IMG/VR virus record: IMGVR_UViG_3300029188_000076
Coordinates: 1-35,061 of that record
Length of the DNA: 35,061 nucleotides
Reading direction: 5' to 3' (one strand)
Origin: a virus
The position numbers and the translations under genes are program-made. Below the pieces are notes generated by a model. That model was not told where the DNA came from. It did no database searches and worked only from the letters and a program-made list of their open reading frames with translations. Position 1 is the stretch's first letter. Every line of letters begins with the position of its first letter. This document shows, piece after piece, positions 4,980 to 11,739 of this stretch.

Positions 4980-6242
4980 TTAGTTGAAATAATGCTTTTT
5001 AGCTCGTCTAAAACCTGCTACTTCTGCTTCTACTACAGTCAATGCATAAAATTCTTCAGGGCCACTAATTTTAGTGGCATCATATTGCTGATCAAACGGT
5101 AGATGATATATTTTTTCTTGTGTAGATTTATTTATATTGCATTTTATTATTGGGTATGGTAGAAATTTTTTATTTTCTATGAAGTGAACGCCCAATGTAT
5201 TTGCTACTCTTTTTGCGATACCAGATAATTGCGTTGATGTAATAAAAAGAGGTGTTAGAATTTTGCCAGTTAATAAAGAGTGAAATTCAGAAAAATCACC
5301 GCTCTCATTTATCTTTGATAAATAAAAATTTACTGTTGTTCCAAATAGTTGATTAATATGTTTTTCGTGAATAACCTTATGTGTATTCCAGTTTTTACAT
5401 TGAATTACAAGATAATTGTCATCTTTTTGGCAGATTAGATCAATGCCTTGATCTTTTAGCCCTTTTTGGATTCCGTTATATGTCACATCCCATCCGTCCA
5501 ATTCATAAGAATAACCTATATACCTTTCATAATCAGAGCCAATCTCTTCCCTGGTTCTCTTTCTACTCCACCATCGATCCAAAGCTAATTGATATTTCTC
5601 GGTATCGGATAAATTATTGTATTCTTTTGGCGTTAGCCAATTTTTTGCGTTATCGTCATGAGATTGATGGGATTGATTAAGAAGGATATTATCTATATCA
5701 GCAATAGAATCCTCTTCGTCTAATTCGCTTAAGTATGGAACCAATGATTCATATAGCCAGCATTTGTATTGATATTCTTTTGCTTGTTGTTTTAATATTT
5801 GCTTTTCTTTATTTATTATTCCAAGTATCTCGGCCGCTTTAAATGCGGGTCTTCGTTTTCGTATCAAATAGTCAACCAGTCGATTATCTTTTTCCAGTTT
5901 TATATCTGAAGATATTTTAGCTAAACTAGGAATATCTCTTATCTTGGAATTAAGCAACTTTTGAGTGAAGTTTATTTCTTTTTGCAGATTTTCGATTTTC
6001 TTTCTTTCCTTTATTATTAATTCATTTTGGTTAGATAAATTAGATTTAAGAAGGGACATTTTTTGTTTATTGCCCTTCATAACATTGTCTTCTTTATGCA
6101 GATTAAATAAAAGATATAAAATAACCCCAATTATAACAATATATGCCATGAAGTGTACAAGTTTGAGAGGAAGCAGATATGCAATTATACAACTCCATAC
6201 AGCTAAAGGAAATAATGTCCCGAAAAAATTATTCATGAACAT
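4980..6242 (-). CDS. Membrane-anchored coiled-coil protein with C-terminal Mrr-cat (PD-(D/E)xK) restriction-endonuclease-like domain
   Basis: Two N-terminal TM helices are followed by about 200 aa of K/E/Q/N heptads, then YERYIGYSYELDGWDV...GIDLICQKDDNYLVIQCKNW...INQLFGT and a C-terminal KIYHLPFDQQYD...EAEVAGFRRAKK motif. The gene starts 18 nt after the repressor stop (ATG 6242, or ATG 6236 with better RBS spacing) and is AT-rich. Confidence 0.75.
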   Translation of the reverse strand: MFMNNFFGTLFPLAVWSCIIAYLLPLKLVHFMAYIVIIGVILYLLFNLHKEDNVMKGNKQKMSLLKSNLSNQNELIIKERKKIENLQKEINFTQKLLNSKIRDIPSLAKISSDIKLEKDNRLVDYLIRKRRPAFKAAEILGIINKEKQILKQQAKEYQYKCWLYESLVPYLSELDEEDSIADIDNILLNQSHQSHDDNAKNWLTPKEYNNLSDTEKYQLALDRWWSRKRTREEIGSDYERYIGYSYELDGWDVTYNGIQKGLKDQGIDLICQKDDNYLVIQCKNWNTHKVIHEKHINQLFGTTVNFYLSKINESGDFSEFHSLLTGKILTPLFITSTQLSGIAKRVANTLGVHFIENKKFLPYPIIKCNINKSTQEKIYHLPFDQQYDATKISGPEEFYALTVVEAEVAGFRRAKKHYFN

Positions 6243-6260
6243 ACCTTCTATTTAACAAAA

Positions 6261-6893
6261 TCACAGTTTTCTTCTGATTTCAACCACTTTACCTAAAATG
6301 GAAACTGGAAATTCTTGGCATTCTTTTTTTGTATATGTCATTGGCGTATAAACAGCTGGATTCCATCCAATTAAAGTAAGACCGTTTTCTGATTTACTGA
6401 CTTGCTTGACTGTAGCATCATTTCCGTTGACCAAGACTACTGCTACATCACCGCTGTCTACATCTGCTTGACGGCGGACAATGACGACATCCCCATCAAG
6501 CATGTGGGGTTCCATGGATTTTCCGGCTATTTTCAGCGCAAAGTATTCGCCCATCTGGGTCATGTTTTGTGGAATTTCCTCCCAGTCTTCAATATCGGTA
6601 ATAGCTTCAATCGGAATCCCCGCTGCCACTCTGCCGAGGACAGGGATACGCACGCCTTTGGCAAGGGAAGATTGTTTATCAGTTTTATCTTCTATAAGAT
6701 CAGATTTTTCTATATGAAAAATAGTAGCAAGTTTTTCTACTGTATTCATTCTTGGATAACGGGTACCGCTTAGCCAGGAAGAAATGACGGATTTATTTAC
6801 TTGCATTCTGGTTGCTAAATCAACTTGATTCATTTGAAAGACATCCATATATCTCTTTAGATTCTTAATAAAAATTAGTCTATATTTATCCAT
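6261..6893 (-). CDS. LexA/CI-like prophage repressor (XRE HTH plus S24 self-cleaving peptidase)
   Basis: The N-terminal HTH is MNQVDLATRMQVNKSVISSWLSG. The candidate cleavage site is RVAAGIP (Ala-Gly), with catalytic Ser in AGKSMEP and Lys in ATVKQV. RBS is aaggagg. Confidence 0.92.
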   Translation of the reverse strand: MDKYRLIFIKNLKRYMDVFQMNQVDLATRMQVNKSVISSWLSGTRYPRMNTVEKLATIFHIEKSDLIEDKTDKQSSLAKGVRIPVLGRVAAGIPIEAITDIEDWEEIPQNMTQMGEYFALKIAGKSMEPHMLDGDVVIVRRQADVDSGDVAVVLVNGNDATVKQVSKSENGLTLIGWNPAVYTPMTYTKKECQEFPVSILGKVVEIRRKL

Positions 6894-6914
6894 AGAGAAG
6901 GCCTCCTTGATTTC

Positions 6915-6943
6915 ATTTTATTACAAAAAGTGAACCGAATCAA
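6915..6943 (-). promoter_or_regulatory. Candidate repressor-maintenance promoter (TTGATT-17-TAAAAT on the minus strand)
   Basis: The hexamers read on the minus strand at 6943-6938 and 6920-6915. The spacer contains AAGTGAACC, an operator half-site. The predicted start would leave a very short leader. Confidence 0.4.
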
Positions 6944-6959
6944 TACTTAAACAAAAAAT

Positions 6960-6998
6960 AGTTTACTTTGGGTATTGACAGTACACTTAAAGTAAACT
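6960..6998. promoter_or_regulatory. Operator inverted repeat AGTTTACTTT ... AAAGTAAACT overlapping the early promoter
   Basis: Perfect 10-bp arms at 6960-6969 and 6989-6998. The 14-mer CACTTAAAGTAAAC (6984-6997) fills the promoter spacer. Confidence 0.65.
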
Positions 6999-7003
6999 AT
7001 AAT
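6975..7003 (+). promoter_or_regulatory. Early lytic promoter, perfect consensus TTGACA-17 nt-TATAAT
   Basis: TTGACA is at 6975-6980 and TATAAT at 6998-7003 with a 17-nt spacer. It lies 36 nt upstream of the cro-like ATG. Confidence 0.8.
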
Positions 7004-7038
7004 ACAGATAACGAATTGAAGAAAGGAGGGGTGACAAG

Positions 7039-7239
7039 ATGAAGGTTTCTTTACCGGCGGCAAGGGTAAATGCTAAACTGACTCAATCAGATGTAGCGAA
7101 ACGATTAAGAAAGAACAAACAGACAATCGTAAATTGGGAAAATGGCAAAACTGAAATTGATAAAGCGAATTTTGAAGCTCTTTGTCGTTTATATAATTGC
7201 AAAATGGACGATATTTTTTTACCCTCAAGGTTCACTTAA
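7039..7239 (+). CDS. Cro-like XRE-family HTH regulator (66 aa)
   Basis: The HTH is LTQSDVAKRLRKNKQTIVNWENGK, with RBS gaaaggagggg. The gene is divergent from the repressor. Confidence 0.85.
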   Translation: MKVSLPAARVNAKLTQSDVAKRLRKNKQTIVNWENGKTEIDKANFEALCRLYNCKMDDIFLPSRFT

Positions 7240-7246
7240 AGTAAAC
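7229..7246. promoter_or_regulatory. Distal operator copy GGTTCACTTAAAGTAAAC at the cro stop codon
   Basis: CACTTAAAGTAAAC (7233-7246) is an exact copy of 6984-6997. GGTTCACTT (7229-7237) is the reverse complement of AAGTGAACC at 6928-6936. Confidence 0.55.
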
Positions 7247-7314
7247 AAAAATTAACAAAAACTAAGTTATAACAACCTACCACGGAATTTATAGAAAGAA
7301 GAAAGGAGCGAAAA

Positions 7315-7617
7315 ATGGAACGAAGAACGTATACTGTCGCGGAAACTGCCGAAATTCTCGGTGTATCAACGGATGTCGTCTACCGCATGAAAAATGACGG
7401 CATCCTTCCGGCGGTGAAAAATCTGTCTGCTATCCGTTTTCTAAAGCGGGATGTGCTGGCAATGGTCGGTGAGAAGCCTGACGATTTCCGCCCTTCCGCA
7501 TTGCGAAGACTACGGAATGAATTATCGTTTGAGAAGCAAGAAAACGAACGCCTACGAGGTATTATTCGACAGATTTGCGCCGCCGCCAATACGGCGGCGG
7601 TGCAGGAGGGATTATGA
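7315..7617 (+). CDS. Excisionase/MerR-type (HTH_17-like) DNA-binding protein
   Basis: YTVAETAEILGVSTDVVYRMKNDGILPAV is the winged-helix pattern of excisionase-family DNA-binding proteins. Confidence 0.6.
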   Translation: MERRTYTVAETAEILGVSTDVVYRMKNDGILPAVKNLSAIRFLKRDVLAMVGEKPDDFRPSALRRLRNELSFEKQENERLRGIIRQICAAANTAAVQEGL

Positions 7618-7913
7618 ATAAACCGTTGATTTTCACAGCGGCGCTAATGTCAGCCGTACTGGTAGCAGGTGCCGCGGTGGATGCGGAAAAAATCTGCAAC
7701 AGGCTTTTTCCGGAAACTCGAATTGTCGAGTACCGCCGGGAGGTAAGGGCAGGCGACACGCTCTGGGATATCTGTGGCGAAATAGCCACGGATAAAGAAG
7801 ACCTGCGAAAACTTGTCTGGCAGGCAAAGAAAGATAATAGGATAAAGGACGTCGGGAACCTGCAGCCGGGAACCTTAGTGATTGTAAGAGTTGAGGAGGC
7901 GCGGAATGGATGA
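7614..7913 (+). CDS. Signal-anchored LysM-domain protein
   Basis: The ATG overlaps the previous stop (ATGA) after aggaggg. The N-terminus is MNKPLIFTAALMSAVLVAGAAV, followed by the LysM pattern YRREVRAGDTLWDICGEIA...NLQPGTLVIV. Confidence 0.65.
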   Translation: MNKPLIFTAALMSAVLVAGAAVDAEKICNRLFPETRIVEYRREVRAGDTLWDICGEIATDKEDLRKLVWQAKKDNRIKDVGNLQPGTLVIVRVEEARNG

Positions 7914-8067
7914 CAGACAATTTACCGTAACACTGGCTAAAGAAGATTGGAACATAGTGCTGAAGATATTAGAAATATGTAAAGAAACATACCGGTATTT
8001 GTGGGGACACGAAATCGAATGCATTATCCGCGAAATAAAGTCAGATTTAGACAGTCAGGGTTTTTAA
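7906..8067 (+). CDS. Hypothetical small protein (53 aa)
   Basis: The ATG follows gaggagg and overlaps the upstream stop (ATGGATGA). The ORF is below the ORF-track cutoff and fills an otherwise empty 160 nt. Confidence 0.5.
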   Translation: MDDRQFTVTLAKEDWNIVLKILEICKETYRYLWGHEIECIIREIKSDLDSQGF

Positions 8068-8076
8068 AAGTAAAGG

Positions 8077-8283
8077 ATGCACGAAATGGATAACACAGAA
8101 AAGTTTGGACAGGTAGTCAAATATTTAATCCGCAGGTATAAGGAAGAGTCGAATATTTATGCGGAGTTGGGTAAAAAAGGCGACATGATAAACGCAGCTA
8201 AAGCGAGTGTACGTTTAGAAATTTTCTGGGAAATAATTCTTTTTATTAACAAGTTGGATATCAATGAGATGAAAAATCAATGA
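8077..8283 (+). CDS. Hypothetical small protein (65-68 aa)
   Basis: ORF with RBS aaagga. The start is ATG 8077 or ATG 8086. Confidence 0.5.
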   Translation: MHEMDNTEKFGQVVKYLIRRYKEESNIYAELGKKGDMINAAKASVRLEIFWEIILFINKLDINEMKNQ

Positions 8284-8318
8284 AAAAGCCGACTGATAAC
8301 TGCAATTATCAATCGGCA

Positions 8319-8355
8319 GGCGGAAAATGTGAGTGATATTTCCGCCTCTATATTA
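8319..8355 (+). terminator. Possible terminator/attenuator hairpin in the early operon
   Basis: Stem GGCGGAAA(8319-8326)/TTTCCGCC(8339-8346) is followed by TCTATATTAT. It is preceded by an imperfect palindrome at 8288-8317. Confidence 0.35.
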
Positions 8356-8378
8356 TCAGAAAATGGAGGATTAGACAA

Positions 8379-8579
8379 ATGGACAAAGAATTACAAAAAG
8401 TAACAAATGAGTTATGTGATTTTTTAAGACCGGTGAACATAAAGCTTGAAAAATGGATAGTAGAAAACAAAAAAAGGCTTATTGCATCTGACGGAAAACT
8501 GACAGAGCTCGGGCTATTAGTCGGAAATGCTTATGCGGTTTATATCCTTATTGATGATCTGCTGAACAACGCTGATTGA
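8379..8579 (+). CDS. Hypothetical small protein (66 aa)
   Basis: ORF with RBS ggagga. Confidence 0.5.
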   Translation: MDKELQKVTNELCDFLRPVNIKLEKWIVENKKRLIASDGKLTELGLLVGNAYAVYILIDDLLNNAD

Positions 8580-8596
8580 TTAATTAAGGTAAAAGC

Positions 8597-8791
8597 ATGG
8601 AACGTGAAGTATTTAATACCTTGAAAGTAGGAGCAAAAATCAGTGAGCCAAGAGGGCGTGAAGCTCCGCCAATCAATGGGATATTGGCGGATAAGGTCGG
8701 AGAAACGGCCTTGATGAGAACGGGGTATACTCCCGGAGGGAAACCAATTCTGCGATGGGCACATTATACAAAATTAAAAAAGGAGATATAG
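8597..8791 (+). CDS. Hypothetical small protein (64 aa)
   Basis: ORF in the operon context. No recognisable motif. Confidence 0.4.
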   Translation: MEREVFNTLKVGAKISEPRGREAPPINGILADKVGETALMRTGYTPGGKPILRWAHYTKLKKEI

Positions 8792-8793
8792 CA

Positions 8794-9762
8794 ATGGATA
8801 CAAAAGAACAAAAAACAATAGATACGAAAGCTGAAATAACAGAGATTCAGATTGTTGAACCGCAGATTCTTTCCGCGGATCTCAACGTAACGACTAATTT
8901 TGAAGATGTAAAGAAGAATTTGCAGATAATCACAGAAAAATATAAAGGATTAGTCGTTACTGATCAAAACCAAAAGGACATGGAAAAAACTCTCCGCGAA
9001 GTGGTGTCTCTCCGGACGAGTATTCAGAAATTTGAAGTCAACGGGAAACGACAGCTCCGCCGGCCGATGGACCAGTTCACGGATGCCTGCAAGGAACTTT
9101 TAAAAATTGTGAATGAAGCGGAACGACCACTGCGGGAACAGCTTGACGCTTATGAGGCGAGACGGCAGGAAGGCGTAACAAAAGTCATTCTGCACAAGTA
9201 TGAAGAAATGGCATTTGACGCGGGAATACGTGAAGAGTTCCGCTCTTGCGAGATTCTGTCCAAGTGGATGAATAAAACAGCAAAATTAAAGGACACCTAT
9301 GAAGACATTGCTCGCTTAGTATCTGAACAGGTGACTGCGCAAAAACAGCATGATGATCTCAAAGAACTCCGCAATTCCCGCCGTGAGCTGGCACTTCTAC
9401 AGATAGAAAAAGCCAATAGAGACTATGCTTTGGCGACGCCCATTACGGAATATTTCCTGACAGACGAGCTGCTGGACACATCAGCCGAAATCATTAAAAA
9501 CACAATCAATGAGGAAGCGCTGCGCCGCCATGAGATGGATGAGAATGCAAGGCAGGTATCCTCGCCCGCTGTTTCAGCTCCACCGCCGGCGGCTAAGCCT
9601 CCTGTAGTACCGATACCGCAGGTTGAACCCGGTGTGTCATGGCCTAAGGTAATGACGGTCACAATCACACTTAACAGTTCATTTGACTATCAGGCAGTAG
9701 AAAACGCATTAAGCAGTCTTCCGCCGCAGATTCGATGGAATTCCGATATAAAGGAGATATAA
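8794..9762 (+). CDS. DUF1351-like recombination-module protein
   Basis: The start is taken at the ATG after aaaaaggag. The long helical N-terminal half (TNFEDVKKNL..KYKGLVVTDQN..DMEKTLREVVSLR) and the position upstream of a Sak4-type ATPase fit the DUF1351 family, recalled from memory. There is a Pro/Ala-rich linker near the C-terminus. Confidence 0.45.
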   Translation: MDTKEQKTIDTKAEITEIQIVEPQILSADLNVTTNFEDVKKNLQIITEKYKGLVVTDQNQKDMEKTLREVVSLRTSIQKFEVNGKRQLRRPMDQFTDACKELLKIVNEAERPLREQLDAYEARRQEGVTKVILHKYEEMAFDAGIREEFRSCEILSKWMNKTAKLKDTYEDIARLVSEQVTAQKQHDDLKELRNSRRELALLQIEKANRDYALATPITEYFLTDELLDTSAEIIKNTINEEALRRHEMDENARQVSSPAVSAPPPAAKPPVVPIPQVEPGVSWPKVMTVTITLNSSFDYQAVENALSSLPPQIRWNSDIKEI

Positions 9763-9764
9763 CC

Positions 9765-10787
9765 ATGGCGATTGAATTTAAAAAAGCACATCGATCCAAA
9801 GCCAAGCTCAGGCTGGCTATTGCGGGTCCGTCAGGAGCGGGGAAAACATATTCGGCACTTCTGATTGCAAGCGGAATCGTACCGCTGGAAAAAGTGGCGG
9901 TAATTGACACCGAATCGGGGTCTGCAGATTTGTATGCAGACTTGGGCGGATATTCTACATTGACGATCAACCCGCCGTATAGCCCTCAGAAATATATTGA
10001 AGCCATTCATGCGGCGGAAGCGGCAGGATTTGAGCTTGTTATCATCGATAGCCTGTCACACGCATGGAGTGGAGAAGGCGGCCTGCTTGACCAGCAAGGA
10101 AAGGCAGCGGACAGTAAATACCATGGGAATAGCTGGGCGGCATGGCGTGAAATTACGCCGCTTCACAACCAGTTGGTAGAGACCATGCTGCATACGCCAC
10201 TCCACGTTATTGTCACCATGCGAAGCAAGACGGAATATATACAGACCGATGTAAATGGAAGGAAACAGATCCAGAAGGTCGGCATGGCACCTATTCAGCG
10301 TGACGGGATTGAGTACGAATTTACCACTGTCTTTGATTTATCGCAGAACCATACAGCTACGGTCAGTAAGGACAGGACAAAGCTGTTCGATGGGCAGTAT
10401 TTTACACCTACGGCTGATTGCGGCAAGGCCCTCCTACAGTGGCTCAACGCAGGAAACGTTCCGCAGGTGTCTTCTGCCCCTCAAAAAGCAATACCCGTAA
10501 AAGCCGAAACACCATCCGTAAATGGGAAACAGAAAACACACAGAGAACGGCTGGAACGTATCTGGAGACAGCTTGGCTGGGATAAAACGCAGCTGCTTGA
10601 TGCGTATATGACATCCCGTATGCAGTCTATTTACGGCGAGAGCGCTACGGTGGACAAGGCGCAGGAAGCAGACTGGGAATCAGCGGATAGAGAAATTACA
10701 AATTATTTAATTGAACAGAAACAAAATAAAATCGCCGAGGTTCTTCCGGGAGAACCGGATTTAGAAAAAGATGAAATTCCATTCTAA
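9765..10787 (+). CDS. Sak4-like RecA-fold ATPase (AAA_24 family) single-strand annealing protein
   Basis: Walker A is AIAGPSGAGKTYSAL, followed by VIDTESGS and Walker B VIIDSLSHAW. The gene is adjacent to SSB. The C-terminus ends DLEKDEIPF. Confidence 0.75.
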   Translation: MAIEFKKAHRSKAKLRLAIAGPSGAGKTYSALLIASGIVPLEKVAVIDTESGSADLYADLGGYSTLTINPPYSPQKYIEAIHAAEAAGFELVIIDSLSHAWSGEGGLLDQQGKAADSKYHGNSWAAWREITPLHNQLVETMLHTPLHVIVTMRSKTEYIQTDVNGRKQIQKVGMAPIQRDGIEYEFTTVFDLSQNHTATVSKDRTKLFDGQYFTPTADCGKALLQWLNAGNVPQVSSAPQKAIPVKAETPSVNGKQKTHRERLERIWRQLGWDKTQLLDAYMTSRMQSIYGESATVDKAQEADWESADREITNYLIEQKQNKIAEVLPGEPDLEKDEIPF

Positions 10788-10802
10788 GAAAGGAGAAAAA
10801 TT

Positions 10803-11291
10803 ATGATTACAGCAACACTTTACGGCAGGCTTGCCAGAGATCCAGAACGAATGCAGCCGTCTAACGGAGGAGAATCGTATGTACGATTCTCCATGGCGAT
10901 AGAAACGGGTCGTAAAGATCAGGATGGAAATCGTATTGCCCAATTTATCAACATATCTGTTTTCGGAAAACAGGGTGATGTTATTCAGCAATATTTTCAA
11001 AAAGGGAATCGTATTGTCTGCCATGTGCGAAACATTGAAGCAAGAGCGTACGAGAACCAGTCAGGACAGCCGCGAGCCGCCCTGCAGGCGGTTTTGACGG
11101 GGATTGAATTTGTAGAAACAAGAGCGGACCAAGAGAAACAGGGAGAGAACGGCGGTCCTTTTGCGCGATTTGGTACACCGCAGACGCAGGCAGCTCCTGC
11201 TTACGGTACACCTATGGGATCCACTCCCTCCCCACAAGCGCTTCCGGGCATGCAGACAGAGGGGACAATTCCTGCCCCGTGGGATAGGTAA
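10803..11291 (+). CDS. ssb: Single-stranded DNA-binding protein
   Basis: The OB-fold pattern is ITATLYGRLARDPE...VRFSMAIE...FINISVFGKQGDV...KGNRIVCHV, with a Gly/Pro/Gln-rich tail. The tail ends TIPAPWDR rather than the canonical DDDIPF. Confidence 0.85.
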   Translation: MITATLYGRLARDPERMQPSNGGESYVRFSMAIETGRKDQDGNRIAQFINISVFGKQGDVIQQYFQKGNRIVCHVRNIEARAYENQSGQPRAALQAVLTGIEFVETRADQEKQGENGGPFARFGTPQTQAAPAYGTPMGSTPSPQALPGMQTEGTIPAPWDR

Positions 11292-11306
11292 AGGGGGTAT
11301 CAATTA

Positions 11307-11702
11307 ATGGAAGAAATTAAGAGAAATCCTCTTCCGGGAACGGAGTGTGGGATGGCCTATCTGGCTCATCCCTACACTTTCACATCTCATTCTCCCGGTC
11401 AGTATACTTCTCCGCAGCTGAACCGTGAGGATACTGGAAAAATTACGTGGCGGCTCATGAGACGTTACACGAATTTGACAATTATTTCCCCGCTTCATGC
11501 GTATTCATTTTTAGACAGCAAGAATTTGACTGAAACGGAAATTCTTTACTATGATTTCAGGCTTCTTTCCCGGTGCGATATGCTGATTCTTTCCGGCGAT
11601 TGGCGGCATAGCCTCGGCTGTATGTCCGAATACGGCTATTCAAAAGCAAAAGGAATCCGGATCTATGAGTATGTAGACGGAACTCTGTATCCGCTGGAAT
11701 GA
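11307..11702 (+). CDS. DUF1937/nucleoside 2-deoxyribosyltransferase-like protein
   Basis: AYLAHPY, ISPLH and LLSRCDMLILSGDWRHSLGCMSEYGYSKAKGIRI fit the pattern of that family, recalled from memory. Confidence 0.4.
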   Translation: MEEIKRNPLPGTECGMAYLAHPYTFTSHSPGQYTSPQLNREDTGKITWRLMRRYTNLTIISPLHAYSFLDSKNLTETEILYYDFRLLSRCDMLILSGDWRHSLGCMSEYGYSKAKGIRIYEYVDGTLYPLE

Positions 11703-11739
11703 GTAAATTTCGTTGTAAACCTTTAAAGGGGGTGATAAC

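Noticed and set aside
6402-6773. 123-aa and 78-aa + strand ORFs opposite the repressor
   Set aside because: They are antisense to a repressor gene with clear HTH and S24 motifs. They are shadow ORFs.
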